A DNA stretch of 64,000 nt, taken from Octopus bimaculoides. Its lineage: Eukaryota. Both the position numbers and the translations under genes were made by a program. Position 1 is the stretch's first letter; each line of letters begins with the position of its first letter. Of this stretch, positions 47,826 through 63,960 are shown in pieces. The notes under the pieces were generated by a model. The model was given only the letters and a program-made list of their open reading frames with translations, made no database searches and was not told where the DNA came from. The stretch spans positions 55,663,070 through 55,727,069 of the forward strand of contig NC_068982.1 of NCBI RefSeq assembly GCF_001194135.2. Direction: 5' to 3'.

Positions 47826-47969
47826 GGGTAGTAGATAGCTGAATTAGTAGAACCAGAAAAAAAACCTTGCAGTATTTAGTTACACAGTAGCAATAAACTA
47901 AATAGTACAGTCAAGTAATGGGTTGATATAATTGACTATATCTTCTATTGGATTTTCTGGCTCTGAGAC

Positions 47970-48352
47970 TATCTTTTATCTTTTACTTGTTCCAGCCATT
48001 AGACTGTGCCCATGTTGGGGCACCATCTTGAAGAATTTTTAGTGGAATGAATTGACCCCGGTACTTATTTTTTGTTAAGCCAGGCACTTATTCTATTTGT
48101 CACATTTGCTGAACTGCTAAATTACAGGGACGAAAACATACCAACGCTGGTTGTCAAATAATACAAGGACACGCATGCATGCACGCATGCACAATGGGCT
48201 TCTTTCAGTTTCAGCCTACCAAATCCCCTTCACAAGGGTTTTGTTGGCTCTAAGCTATAGTAAAAGACATTTGCCCAAGGTTCCACGCAGTGGGACTGAA
48301 CCCAGAACCATGTGGCTGGAAAGCCAGCTTCTTACCACACAACCATGCCAGT
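47970..48352 (-). mobile_element. SINE family B, full length
   Basis: tcttttacttgttccagcc...gacatttgcccaaggttccacgcagtgggactgaacccagaaccatgtgg...cttcttaccacac. Confidence 0.88.
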
Positions 48353-49054
48353 TCCTATAGAGTATGTACTGTTTTCAATCCTAGGGCTCATAAAGCCAGT
48401 TCCCTGGTTTCCATGGCATATAAATAACTGAGATCACAACATTCCCCTTGAACAGGATGCCATTCCATTGCAGGTTTACTCATTTACAGCTGAGTGAACT
48501 GGGGCAACATGAAATGAAGTGTTTTGTTCAATAACATTATCTGATCTAAGAATCAAAGCCACAAGTGCAACACCCTAACAACAAGGCCATGTGCCTTCAC
48601 AGAAAGGTAATAAAAGCCACTTAATGCAAAGTTAGATGATAAAATTTATTCAGTTTTTCAAGTAGAAATTTTACCATTTTGAATTGTAAAATTTCTACTT
48701 TATGTTCATTCACTTTATTGAATCCGTGCAGTTATTTTTGTTATGTAGAAAAAATATAACTCACCCATTTCATACCATTTCTAAGCAGCAACTCTCAAAA
48801 AGAAAACAAAAAAAAAAAAACAAGTATCCAAACAAAGAGACAATAAGTCTGATTCTGAGAGAATATGCACACTGGCAAGTTGCCTGATGGGGAAATGATA
48901 ATAAATGTTGAAGAAATTATATTCTCTGTCAGCTGTGTGAAATGTAGCAAGTTTTATATAGGCAGCCCCATTCACCCATTAAATTTATGAGGAAAAATGC
49001 CACCCTCCTGGTGGTTTTTATCCTAGTTTATGCAATGTGTGAAAATATATATAT

Positions 49055-49480
49055 GTGGGTGCAAGTGTGACTGTGTGGTAAGAATTTTGCTTCCCAACCA
49101 CATGGTTTTGGGTTCAGTCCCACTACATGACTCTCCAGGCTAACCAGAACCTTGTGAATAGATTTGGTAGACAGAAACTGAAAAAGAAGACTGTTGTATA
49201 TGTATACATATGTGTGTGTTGTTGTGTGTGGGTGGTATTGTCTTCTTGTTTAGACATCACATAATAGTTGCAAATGAGTGTCACTGTTATGCAAGTAGTA
49301 TCCTTCATTTCCAATCTTCTATGAAAACTTATCTAGTCATGAGGAAATATTACCTTATTTGGAAATAGCTGAGTGTTGGCAACAGGAAAGGCATCTGGTC
49401 ATTAAAATCTGCCTCAACAAATTCTGTCCGACCCACGCTAGCTTGGGAACATGGACATTGAAACAATGATGATGATAATA
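49055..49480 (+). mobile_element. SINE family B, GAT-tail variant
   Basis: Family B head, then ...aaatctgcctcaacaaattctgtccgacccacgctagcttgggaacatggacattgaaacaatgatgatgat. Confidence 0.85.
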
Positions 49481-49737
49481 TATATGTATATACAGTTTTT
49501 TGGTTTTAATACTTTTCTGTTTCTTTCTCCATGCTTGAAATATGAACTGGTTAAATCAGCAGATATGGATTTTCACATTTGAGACCAAAGAAATCAGTCA
49601 GTGGTGTCACTTTCTCATCTAGACTACTTAAGCAAATAAAAAGCTGTTTACCTTGATTAGAGATATGAAAAAGTAGGTGACCATACAGAAATCTAATTTG
49701 ATAATTTGATCTCTAAACTCTGCTGAATATTCATACA

Positions 49738-50761
49738 CAGGGTGCAGACAGAATTCATTTGCATGATGACTGTCTCAGGGAAAAACAAAACAGTGTTTTT
49801 ATTTTTTGAGGTATATTCGTCAAATTTGGGTCAGATTATCTCCATGCCATGTTCTGTTAATCTCACCCAATGAACCTGCTTTTGGCCTTGATGACAGCCT
49901 CCAGGTAATCTCAGAACTGGCCACAGGCCTTTGGCACTATCTCTTGTTGTAGGCCTCTGAAGGTTCTGTTAATTCTGGCCCTCAGCTCATCCTTCATGTT
50001 GCAGCTGGATTTGTTGGTCTCTCATTCCCTTGATCTCCACGTGAAGAAGTTGAGAGGATTGCAGTCAGGTGAGTTGAGAGGCCAAATGCAAGATACTGTG
50101 TGATTGAAAAAATTCTCCGACAGCCAGGTCTAAGTTTTTGGCTGGTGTGGTAGGGCACAAAATCTTACTGCGACATGTACGGCCCCCCTGCAGCTACCTG
50201 GTTGATTCAGGGCTTCACCACCTTGCTCAGAACATGGATGTAGCCATTGGTGTTCAGCCTGACTCTCTTAGGGAAGAAGTGCAGTGGCAAGATGTCACCT
50301 TCACGGCTGATGACACTGAAGACTATGATAGTCACTGGAAATGTTGCCTGCATGACTCTGGACATGTCCTTGTCTGAGACAGTGTTCTGGGAGTTGATCT
50401 TCTGGTTAGAGAAGAACATGTCTGGATCCAGCAGGTGTTTCAAGTTGTTGATCAGTTTCTTGGTGTGCTTGAGTCACTTTTCCTGCATTGCCTAGGACAG
50501 AAATTGTCCCTTCCTTATCTTGTATGAGATGTAGTAAATGTCCTCATGCACCACCAGCCTAATGAGAATTTCATCCACACCTTTTTCCCATGCAATGGCA
50601 CACATCAACACATCAAAAATTTTCCATAGTCAGTTATTCTGCCCAAAAAATAAAGCAAAAATGGTTGTTGTTTTTAAGAAGAAAATGACCGATAATGAAA
50701 GTTAAAAAATATGTGTAAAATTAGCAGTTGAAAATTGTAAACAAATACTGTCCTCACCCTA
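49738..50761 (-). mobile_element. DD37D (maT)-type Tc1/mariner derivative
   Basis: cagggtgcagacag ... ctgtcctcaccct+TA termini. Peptide VMQATFPVTIIVFSVISREGDILPLHFFPKRVRLNTNGYIHVLSKVVKP. Confidence 0.8.
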
Positions 50762-50796
50762 TAACTTCTTAACTATACAGTCATGTTTGTGCCTAC

Positions 50797-50854
<58 letters not shown>

Positions 50855-51049
50855 GTATAGTTAGAAATAGAAAGTTCTTGGTACAATATTATATATTTAA
50901 AAAAATTAATAGGAATAATTTTTCCTCTTGAATAATTAGATGTTTATAAACATGTAATTATTAAGGTGGAAAAATTATCAGAAAAGCCATTCATATTAAT
51001 TTTTTCAAATATATATATATATATACACACACATATATATACATACATA

Positions 51050-52484
<1,435 letters not shown>

Positions 52485-54671
52485 ATTATGTATGTATGTT
52501 TGTGTATATGTAGATGTATGCCTATATTTGATATATAATTGAATAGACAATATATATTGGTCACTAGTTTTTATATATTTGTACCCCTTACCACTAACAT
52601 TAATTGAGATTGAAGAAAAGCAACTGACAAAAAGACTCAATAAATTTATTCATCAGAAAGTGGTCTGTTCTTTTCTACTCTAGGCACAAGGCCTGAAATT
52701 TTTTGGGAGAGGGTGCCAGTCGATTAGATCGACCCCAGTATGCAACTGGTACTTAATTTATTGACCCCCCCAAAAGGAAGAAAGGCAAAGTTGACCTCAG
52801 CAAAATTTGAACTCAGAGCGTAAAGACAGATAAAATACCGCTAACATTTCTGCCAGCTCACCGCCTTAGAAAGTGGTCTATTATCTCTATCATGTGGCTC
52901 TCTGGCTTCGTTTAATCTCCTGTCTATCTCCCTTCCCTTTTTTTATGTGATGCCCATCTCCCTTATGCCAAATATAAACTGCTTCCCTGACTAAGATAGT
53001 TGGTTGTTATTTTTACGATGGTTTCATGAAAAGTTTTGTGTACATTCTGCATATTCATATGTATTTATCTAAATTAAACAATTGATAAGAAATGACCAGA
53101 AAAATAACAGCAGCTACCATATTTTTTGTGCTTGAATCTGCTGGAATATATTAAGAATAAGAATGCAAATTATTATATCAGAGCTCGCTGTACACAGTGC
53201 AAATAGTGATTTTTTATTAGAAGGTAGATAAAAGCACTGATCAGTAAACAGTTCATTTGCTGAAATTATAAACAAAGCCAATGGCTTGTATAAGCTAAAA
53301 AAGCTGGATGATTCCGGTTGAAGAACCACAACATGTTGAAATACAGATGTTCCAGAATCACTTGTTGAGTGTGTTATGAATAGACTGCCATCATAAAAGG
53401 GAAAAGTTGTTCTCCTGTGATGTACACAACAGTGACTTGCATATTTGCATTTGAAAATGCTGGAACATATTATGAATATGCAAATGATTGTTTGGGTAGA
53501 AAAGATTTTTATTAAAATTTGTTTTAATCAATTCAAGGAATATAGTCTCTATCAAAATCAAAATGTTTTAAAATATTCTTTAATGTTTCAGAATAATGAT
53601 AGTAAGTAAATCTGTTAAAAGTGATCTGTTTTAAATCAAAGTTACTGTTTTACATATCTATAATACAACTATTGCATATAATGACAATGTGAAACATTTT
53701 TGAAATGGCTGGTAATATTTACTCACTGTCTTTAATCAAGACCACACAATATGCAAAATTATTATTGTTAAGGTGGTGAACTGGTAGAACTGTTAGCCCA
53801 CCGGGCAAAATGCTTTATGGCATTTTGTCCATCTTTGTGTTCTGAGTTCAAATTCCGCCAAGGTTGACTTTGTTTTTCATCCTTTCAGGGTTGATAGAAT
53901 AGGTACCAGTTGAACATTGGAGTTGATGTAATTGATTTATCCCTTCTCCTGAAACTGCTGGCCTTGTGCCAAAACTTGAAATCAATTTTTATTCACTGTC
54001 TTTAATCCTCAAGACCATAAAATAAGTAAAATTCTTGAAAAAAACTCAGGAATGGTGTAAAATCTCTGAAGATATATCATGAAACAACATTTAATGATCT
54101 CTCAATGTTATCTTCAAAAACATCCCCTCCTATACAAAACTATTTTGGTATCATCTAAATTTGTAAATTTTTGAAACCCACTGAACATTCAACTAAATGA
54201 CGTAGAATTCCATTGATAAGAAAATGAAGTACATAAATAAAAAGGAACCATAATGGAACCATTGAGGACTGAAGATTAGTTTATTTTAAAAGATAAAGAT
54301 AGAAATGATATCAAACAAGAAAATATCTTAAAAATTTTTTTACTCCAGATATTTTCCCCTGTATTATTGTTTGTTCTTGTATAAAGTGCATTGGTTAAAA
54401 AAAACCCAAACAAATAAAAATAAATAAAATATTTTATTTTTTATGCATATTTTAGAAATAAAATAGCTTTGCTTTAGAAAAAAAGTGTAACAAACATTTT
54501 GGATACATTGAAGAAATCAATGAAACTAGCAGTTTATGAGGGAATGAACATGATAAGGTGAATGTGTTCAAATTTGTACCAAGTTTCATTGCAAAATATA
54601 TTTTAATTGGGAATTATTTCTCATCACATTTTATTGCACCTGTACTTCTATTAATACATTGTGTGTTAAGT

Positions 54672-54707
<36 letters not shown>

Positions 54708-54883
54708 CCTTATCAATAATGGGTTTTACCATCTTATGTTTCTATCTTCCTTACTATCTTCTACTCTCATGTAGCTTGCCAGGTGCATCTGTTTATAAGC
54801 TGCATATCTTTTATTACCATGTGATAACATGTTTTATTTTATATCTTCATTGGTTGATATGATATTTTTATTTCTTTATTCAG

Positions 54884-55020
54884 CATAACAATGAATTGAA
54901 TGAACTTATGAAAGATATGGAAGGATGGAGAGCTGCATTGCTTCGCTTAAACGGTGTCGTTGACTGGGACCGGCCATACCATCCACTTGTACTTTTGGCT
55001 CCAATAACAATTATTTTTCT
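54884..55020 (+). CDS. ARL6IP1: ARL6IP1 coding exon 2 (ADP-ribosylation factor-like 6 interacting protein 1, reticulon-like ER-shaping protein)
   Basis: Acceptor tttttatttctttattcag|, 137 nt, donor CT|gtgagt. It translates as HNNELNELMKDMEGWRAALLRLNGVVDWDRPYHPLVLLAPITIIF(L), which aligns by eye to human ARL6IP1 ETASLEEQLQGWGEVMLMADKVLRWERAWFPPAIMGVVSLVFL (recalled from memory): conserved GW, W-[ED]-R, P and the start of the hydrophobic hairpin. Not in the ORF track because it has no start codon. Confidence 0.9.
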
Positions 55021-57335
55021 GTGAGTAACTGTTAATTTTTTCCATTTGTAATAAAGTTTACCACTTCTTGAAAAAAAAAAAATATATAACCTTTGTTTGA
55101 ACTTTTTCATTTAAAAACTGAAAACTTCCATCATTTTATGAATGTGAAGACCAACTGTTGAAGTATACTAGGTCCTATGAAGGAAATCTGATCTACCTTT
55201 TCCTCTGGTCATATCTATTGGTAAAGATAAACTTGGTACTATTATACAATGGGACATCTGTCAGTTTTACAATTTTGCACTTGCTTATATCTAGTTGGAC
55301 TGGGGTAGTGAGAATTATATTTTCACAATGGGTATTTTGCAACATTGGTGACAGGATTAGCATCTTTTTAGCTGACTGGTATTTACTCTATCTGTGACCA
55401 TGTGTTACATTTCATATGAAAGCATCATGTAATGGCTAGGATTGGGCCACCAGTGAGCGTTTTTATCGTCATACACCACCTCTTTCTCTTTCTCTCTCTC
55501 TGTATTCCTGCTGAGGTAACCATGTATCTCTTCTATAGCAAGACACCTGGTTCTGTCCCTCTATCAAAATCTAGCCTCTCATCATCTGGCACAAAGCTAC
55601 CTCTGTCAATACCACTCCCCTCTCAGTTGAGGGGTCTTTGTCTTGCAAGTTACTTGGTGATCTTACTGGTGCTGATACCATGTAAAAATCATCCAGTACA
55701 CTCTGTAAAGTGGTCGGTGTTAGGAAGGGCATCCAGCCATAGAAACCATGCCAGAGCAGACAGTAGAGTTTGGCACAGTCTTGTGGCTTACCAGCTCCTA
55801 CCAAATTGTCCTGCCCATGCCAGTGTTGAACATGAACGTTAAAATTATGATGATAGTGTATTATTGGCAAGTGGGAACCACTTGAAGATTCCATCACCCT
55901 CCAGGTTATTGACTCAACTGGAAATCACAAGCACATGAAATAAGTAAAATAATTGAACTAGATATTGAACCATCAACACAAACGTTTTCTGAGAGCTTTC
56001 CATTTTTTTGTGACACTGACATTTTAACTTCAAGATTCAAAACTGAAGAGTAGAACTGAAATATTGTTTATAGGAAGAAAAAGAAAGGAAAAAAAACAAA
56101 CAAACAAACCTGGCTTGGTATAAAGTATGATTAAAACAAAACTGTATGAAATGGTAAAAGTAATAATCAGATATGCTGAGATACTGAGAACGCTTTACTA
56201 CTGGAAGTTGTACTCTTTGAAAGGAAAATAAATTGGCATTCAGTAAGATAGAAAAGTAGTAGTGATAGGAAATAGGATTTGGCAAGGGAGTTGAAATTTG
56301 AGTAAAACAGAATAGAGCTGTAGATGGAATGAACACTGAAATAAAGTCTGTAGTTGTTTTAGTCTAATAGAGAAAGATTAAGTTTAATGAGGATTTTCCA
56401 TTTAGAGGGGAGCATTGGATAATCTTAACTTGAAATTTGTAAAGAATATCTTGGCCTAAGTAATGTATGATATATATCAGTTCTTTTTATTTTTGGAAAT
56501 TAAGTAAATATAAGATTAGAAAATTATTTCTTGTTATTTTTACTGTTGGGTAGAACTTGTATAGATGCTTCAATTTTACTTAGAATATTTGTACTTATGC
56601 ATGCATAAAAAATTCCTATGAAAAGAAAAATTAAGGAAGTATTTTAAAACAACTAATTCATTTGGTTATTCTGGGAAATTGTATTTGTTTTAAGTTTTGG
56701 CAAAGGACCAGCAGTTTTTGAGGGGAGTAGAAAGTTGATTACATTGATCCCCAGTACTTGATTGGTATTTATTTCATCGACCTTGGAAGGAAGAAAGGCA
56801 AAGTTGACCTTGATGGAATTTGAGTTCAGAACATAGTGATGAACAAAATGTTTGGCAGCATTTTGTCCAGCATACTATTGGTTCTGCCAGCTCACCACCT
56901 TATTCTGGTAATTTATAAAGATGATGTTTATTTATTTTTAATAAGGTAATTGTCCTTAGTTTAGAATTAAAGGTTCCTAATCAAATCTACTCTGGTACTG
57001 TGTACGTAGCTAGGAGTAAGATAACTGTTGTTATCCGGGGATGAAACCAACTGAAATATTGTGTAGAGGTAAATATTAAAAAAAATTTATCTCTAAGCTG
57101 ATAGGTGAAAAGTCATAAGCTTATCACAATCTCAAGTTTGAACACTTTTAATAATGGTTTCTAGGTAATAAACTTACGTTAAGTCAAGAAGACAGACACT
57201 TAGTAAACAAGCTTTTGATAAAATTTCTTCTGTTTAGACTGCCTGTAATGTGAAGAACATTCAGCTATTAAATATCACTACTCTCAGTTCAGCAGCAGCG
57301 TTGTGAATTTATAGTAAAATTGTAATTTGAAAAAC

Positions 57336-57479
57336 GCAATCAAATAAAAAGAAGATATATCACATGGAAAAATGCAATCAAATAAAAAGAAGATATATCA
57401 CATGGAAAAATGCAATCAAATAAAAAGAAGATATATCACATGGAAAAATGCAATCAAATAAAAAGATATATCACATGGA
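57336..57479. repeat. 38-bp minisatellite, ~3.8 copies
   Basis: Unit gcaatcaaataaaaagaagatatatcacatggaaaaat starts at 57336, 57374, 57412 and 57450 (last copy has a 3-bp deletion). Confidence 0.95.
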
Positions 57480-60400
57480 TTTCTGCAAAATCTGTTTTTC
57501 AAAGGTTAATGAATTTTCTAATTTGTCATGATTGGATTTACAAGAGAATTATTTACATTATACATTGAAATGAGGGGAATTTTTTTTTGTCTAAAGAAAT
57601 GTTGCTCCTGCATGTATAATTATATATTATCAATGAATGTTGACAAGTTGTAAAAGCAACAAAACTTTTGGAAGAAAAAACATAATTAATAAATGAGTGG
57701 AAATTGAATCGATGAGTTTGTTAGGTTATAAGGCATTAAGACAATATGACTCTCCCCAGACACAACAAAATTTGCTTCAACACATGAATTCACATAAAGA
57801 ATCATGCAAATCAGATACAAAAATGAAGTATAGTTATATCATTACTTCATTAGATTAAAGGCAGTGATCTGGTAGAATTGTTAGCATGCTGGACAAAATG
57901 CTTAGTGGTAGTTTTTCTGGTATTATGTTCTGAGTTCAAATATTACTGAGGTAAATTTCGCCTTTCATTCTTTTGGGGTCAATAAAACAAGTACCAGTTG
58001 TGCACTGGTGTTGATGTAATTGACTTACCCTCTCCCACTAAAATTGCTGGCCTAGTGCTAAAATTTGAAAGAATTATTTCATTAGGTTTGTAGCATATAT
58101 ATTGGTGAATTGATTGCAAATTATTTAAACAAGTCCTTGTGATATTTTATTTAGCAAAATGTTTGATTTGCCTGGTATATGTTTTTATCATTGAGGATAT
58201 GACATTTCAAGTTTGTATAATTCAACTTGAGATTTTACTATAAAACATCTGAATAATTGTAGTATAATGGAACTTTTCTCAGTTTGTATGTTGAAGCAGT
58301 TTTTTTTTTGTTTTTGTATTCAGATTTGAATGTTATCAACATCCTTATCTTATGTACATTTTTTATGTTGACATAGATATGTTTTGAAGTTATTACCCTC
58401 TTAGGCAAATAAGGAACCCCTGTCTCACTTGTACATTTGATTTTTGGTATGATTACTTTGTTGGATGCTCTTATTGCCAACCATTCATCAAAGTGTGCTT
58501 AGAATATTTTATTGTGGCATCAGCATTAGAGAGGTTGTCTTGTTCATGGCAGGACTAATGAGTTTGCTCTATTCTTAGAAGTTCACATACGTGTAATGGA
58601 TTCAGTGACCCACATGTTTACTATTTTATTTTTGGTTATGAACTTGTCACAATTTGAAACTCTATTTTCTGCTTCTTTTGATTATTTTAAAATTATAGTC
58701 ATGGTTTTCTATTTTATCCTTTAATATCTTTCCATTCAAATCCATTACATAATTTTTTTTCCATCTAAGATTGTAATAAGAACTTATTCTTAATAATCAC
58801 TAAATTGAAATTTTTGATTTAAACAAAACTGTGCTGGGGAAAGCTTACTGTTTTGGAGATTTATGTGCTGTAGTAATTTTTTTTATCATTTAATTGATTG
58901 CTAGTCTAGTAGCAGAAATATGTTGATGGTATTACTTTTTTAAAATTTTCAGACACTATAACTAAAGTGACCTCTGCTCTCTTGTCACCTATATTGTCCT
59001 CTCCCCAGGCCTTGTATCAAACACTTTGTCAAGTTCTTTCACCCCAGAATATGATCCCCTCTGAAATTCTTTATCTGCACAGTTTTCTCCCTGTGATTGT
59101 TGATTTATAATTATTTAAAAGATATATAAACTATTCTTTGACGATTTTTGAAGGCTGTTGGTACTGCTCCTTCCTCCAGACTAATCATCATTAACATTTA
59201 GTATCCGTACGTTATGTTGGCATGGGTTGGATGGCTTGGCAAGATTCAATAGGTCAGAGGACTGTGTCAAGTTCTAATGTCTGTTTGGCATGATTACTAT
59301 GACTGGATGCTCTTCTTAACACCAACCAGTTTACAGAGTGTATTAGGTGCTTTTTCATGTCACCAGACCTAAAAGACAAAATCTCTTGATTGAGTTGAGA
59401 GGACCAGCAGGTGGCTTATGCCAGGTGTTAAGGGGAAAGAGTATAATACAAGGATCAGAACAGGTGTCTTGCCGTAGAGAAGATACATGACTAACTAAAA
59501 AAAAAAAAAAAAAAAACTACCATGTCGTTATAAAAGTTTAAAAAAAGTAGCTTTTAAGAAATATGACTCTGCGAATAGTTTTATTATGGGAAAAAGAAAT
59601 TATACCACATGCTCCCTTTCTTCTGCTGGTTGTTAATGAGTTAAACTTAATTAGTTTTAGCTGCAACTCTTGTAAAATTATTTGAAACTAAACCAATAAG
59701 CAAAACAAATTTCCTTTTTTGACTGTTTTTGTATTGTGTAAGTGATCCAAAACTTGGGCTTTTGAGATCTTGGCAGAATTTAAACTTAGACTATTTCCAA
59801 CCTTCAGTAGCAGTGTACTTTCTAGTGAAAGGATACCAATTGGTAAAATGGTTTACTTGTGGGGACCTGCTACCAGATAATTAGGATCCCAGCCAGAGTT
59901 TCAAGCTGAAGCATCTCCCTGCTAGTATATTCTGAACTTCTTTTCTTCCTTGGTTCATGATTAATAATTACTTCCAGAAAGCACAGATCATTCCTAACTC
60001 AATACAAACTCTAACTTCCCTGACAAGTCTCATATGTTTTGAAAATATTTAGTTCTGTCTATTTAACCTGGGTTCAAATCCTATCATTGTTAACTTTAAC
60101 CCTTTATTCCTCAAAGAGTGATCAAAGGAGTTCTAGTAATACTCTGGAGTTGATTCAATGAACCATACCACCAACCCATAAAAGTATTGAACAGTGTTTT
60201 AGGAAGAAATCATTATTCGAAATAAACTACCATATTTTCCAGCATACAAGTTGATGTAATGTATACTGTAAACATGTCATTATCTTCCCAAATCCTGCTG
60301 TTCACGTTATGACTGCATTACATGAAATTTTTGGTCCTCCAAAGTCATCTTGGTGGATAAGTTTTGGCAGTAAATTTTAGCCCCAAAAGTTTGACTTGTA

Positions 60401-61389
60401 TGCCAGAAAATACAGTAATAGATATTATACAGAAATAAGTTTGTGGACAATAAAATTACATCCTGCTTGAAGTTGTTTCACTGTATTTTCTGCTATTGTG
60501 AGGAAAGACCTGGATACCATAACTTTCCATTTTCCTACTCCTAAAAATTTCAGACATTGTTAGAAACCATTATTATTTGGAAGAAATTGATTTACAACAG
60601 CCCATTGAATCGGTTCTATATTTAACATTTTATTCAGTTTCTTAGATCCCAACTTTATCTTTATTTTATAAATAATATAAATTTCCATTACTGCGTTAAA
60701 TATGAGCATTTTTTTCAGATAAAAATTTTGTTGAAGTACCTATGAATATGGTTGCTTTTACCATCCTCATGTGATATCTGCTAAAATTTATCTCTCTTCT
60801 CCTATTCTTGTATAAATTTCCAGTTATTTAAAACTTTTTAACGGTTTTCACAGCTGGACAGTCTCTTTATCAGCTCGGTGGAGACAAAGTAAAGGAAATT
60901 CACTTGGAATTCAGCCATTGTAACGTAGCTGTCTATAAAAAGTTCAACAGGAACTGTCATATACCTACTTTTTTTCATTATCACGTTTAACTCTCGTTGC
61001 ATCACGTGGAAGAGATGTACCTTTCTTCTGCAGTGTGAACTATCTGAAAAAGAAACAGCCTTTCAATTGATATACAATACCTTTCCTAGCAGAATGTCTA
61101 TTTTTAATGGCATTTTTACTAAACAGTAATGTTAGTATATTTAAACTGTGCTAAGTTTAGCAGCAATAACAGTAAAGCTGTAGCAATGTTTTTTTAAACA
61201 ACTATTCCATTCGCTCATACCTTGCCATCTTTTTTGAAGCCCAAAACTGTTCAGTGCATGTCCTACTTACTCTTTTTCTTTTCTTTCTTCTTTTTATTTT
61301 GATCCACCTTCTCTCTGGTGGTTGAAAGATAAATTGTACAGCAAATTTTTTTTTTCTCATTATTTTTCTCTTATTATTTATTATTATTA

Positions 61390-62304
61390 TTAAGGCAGTG
61401 AGCTGGCAAAATCATTAGCACACTGAACGAAATGCTTTATAGCATTTCTTCTAGTTTTATGTTCTGAGTTCAAATACTGCCGAGATGGACTTTGCCTTTC
61501 ATTCTCTTGGTGTCAATAAAATAAAGTACCAGGCAAGTTTGGTGGTTGATGTAATCGATTTGCTGCTCTCCCACCCAAATGTTTGACCTTGTGCCAAAAT
61601 TAGAAAGAATCATTATTATCATTATTACTATTGTTAAGGTGGTGAGTTGGCAGAGTCGTTAGCACACTGGATGAAATGCTTAGTGGTATTTTGCCTGTTG
61701 CTACGTTCTGAGTTCAAATTCCACTGAGGTTGACTTTGCCTTTCATCCTTTTGGGGTCAATAAATTAAGTACCAGTGAAACACTGGGGTTGATGTAATTG
61801 ACTATCCCCTTCACCCAGATTTCAGACTTTGTGCCTATAGTAGAAAGGATTATTACTATTGTTATTATTATTATTATTATTTAAGGCAGCAAGCTGGCAG
61901 AATTGTTAGCATGCTGGGCAGAATGCTTAACGGTATTTTGCCTGTCACTGTGTCCTGAGTTCAAGGTCGACTTTACCTTTCATCCTTTCGGGGTTGATAA
62001 AATAAGTACCAGTTGAACACTGTGGTTGTTGTTAATGACTCATTCCTCCCCCCAAAACTGCTGCCCTTGTGGCAAAATTTGAAACCGTTATTATTTTTTG
62101 TTATTTAAGGCAGTGAGCTGGCAGAATTGTTAGCACACTAGGCAAAATGGTAGTGGCATTTCATCTGAGTTCAAATACTGCCAAGGTTGATTTGCTCTTC
62201 ATCCTTTTGGGGTCAATAAAATCAGTACCAGTGAAACACTGGAGTCGAAGTAATTGACTAGTCTCCTCCCCTATATTTCAGGCCTTTAGCTTACAGTAGA
62301 AAGG

Positions 62305-62345
<41 letters not shown>
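61390..62345 (+). mobile_element. Head-to-tail array of four SINE family A copies
   Basis: Heads taaggcagtgagctggc / taaggtggtgag at ~61391, 61637, 61882 and 62106, each following an (ATT)n tail. Confidence 0.9.
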
Positions 62346-62352
<7 letters not shown>

Positions 62353-62400
62353 GTTGTTGTTGTTGTTGTTGTTGTTGTTTTTGTTGTTATTATTGTTGTA
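62305..62400. repeat. (ATT)n grading into (GTT)n
   Basis: Direct observation; an expanded SINE tail. Confidence 0.95.
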
Positions 62401-63022
62401 TTTTTAACTCTTCAAAGCCTGATGTTAGCTTGTGGTTACATTGTCTTTTTATTTTAACTGGAGTTCTGGATTTTAACTGAAGCAAATTACATCTAAATTT
62501 AGTATCTTCCTCATTCACACATTATGGTTTAACATCATATAATGTTCCTAGAGAAATAAGAACAGACATAAACTTCCTGTTGAAAAAGAGTTCATAACTC
62601 CAACTAAAAACATTTGTCTCCCCTTACACACACTTCCTGTTTTGACACCACACTTCCTGCTTAACACAAACTTTTAGCCCCTTATTTTAAACCTAACACA
62701 ACTCTCAATTCTCATGCATCCTTATTTTTCCAAGCATTATGTACATGAATTACAATTGAACTTCAAAAGCTCAAAGACAATATAATGTATTGGTATATTT
62801 ATTTTTTTATATATTATTTTTTTATATATTATCTTCTTCATCTTGTACTTCTTTGTAAAAAACATTTTCATTCTCCCTCTTCTTGAAAATTTGCTTCGCA
62901 ATGAAAGCCGGTTAGAAATCTTTATTAAAATATGCTTCCAGTTTAGCATTCTGCCTTATTATTATTTTTCATTTTCCTATTATTTCTCCACGTGCGGTTA
63001 ACACAACCCCACTATTTACTGA

Positions 63023-63086
<64 letters not shown>

Positions 63087-63479
63087 GGCATGTGAACTAG
63101 TAGTTAGAATATTGCACTTACAATCTTGTAATCTTGGTTTCAGCTCCAAGATTGGTGGGTAGTGTGTTCTTGAGCTAAACACATTGTTTCATATTTGCTC
63201 TGGTCCACTCAGCTGTAAATGGCTAACCCTGCAATGGATTGGCAACCTGTTTGAGGGAATGTTGGCCTGCCTCTCTAGCCATTGAGATGGCATCATTTGA
63301 ACGGTACAATACTACAATATAGCACATTGTGACCAGCAGTGTGTAATATCTAATAGTTTGGTTGATACAGGAATATATATATATATATGTGTGTCTGTGC
63401 TTGTGTGTGTGTGTGTATGTGTGTGTGTGTGTGTTTGTGTTTGTGTGCATGTGTGTGTGTATACATACGCATAATGTCA

Positions 63480-63960
63480 GGATGACATCTTCAGTTTGCT
63501 TCCTCTCTCATCTCTCCAACATATCTCTCATCTACTTATCTGTCACTTACCCCTCTTATCTTACATTCCTTTATCATTATCTTATCTATGCCACTGTCAT
63601 CCATGTCTCTAGTGTGTCTACCTTTATCACTTATCAATCATGCATCCAGTTCTCATTCTCTTATTGCCCAGCTCTTGATCACTCCTCTCTTCACCCTCAC
63701 TGTACTATACTTCTGGTGTGATTAAGGATAACAGTTGAGCCTCTTCAGCGCACCATACTATACATTATTTCTCATATTACTAAGTATACCATGGAATGTA
63801 TCTGACTCAATGTGCTACTTCTCTCTCTCTTTCTTTCATCCTTATTATCCAGCACTCTCAACATCTTCAGGTATATTTTTATAGCACCTCATCAAGTCTG
63901 CGTGCACCTCATACATTCCACCTATTTTCTCCATTGGCCATTTGGTATTGGCATTTATTT
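63480..63960 (-). mobile_element. Possible highly decayed RTE LINE 3' fragment
   Basis: Purine-rich minus strand with HTRDMDDSGIDKIMIKECKIRG-like relics of GHVxRMDD..IKK; weak. Confidence 0.3.

Noticed and set aside
62572-62659. Cluster of three ACTTCCTG (ETS-like) motifs
   Set aside because: Short motifs in a probable repeat-derived context; no independent support for enhancer function.
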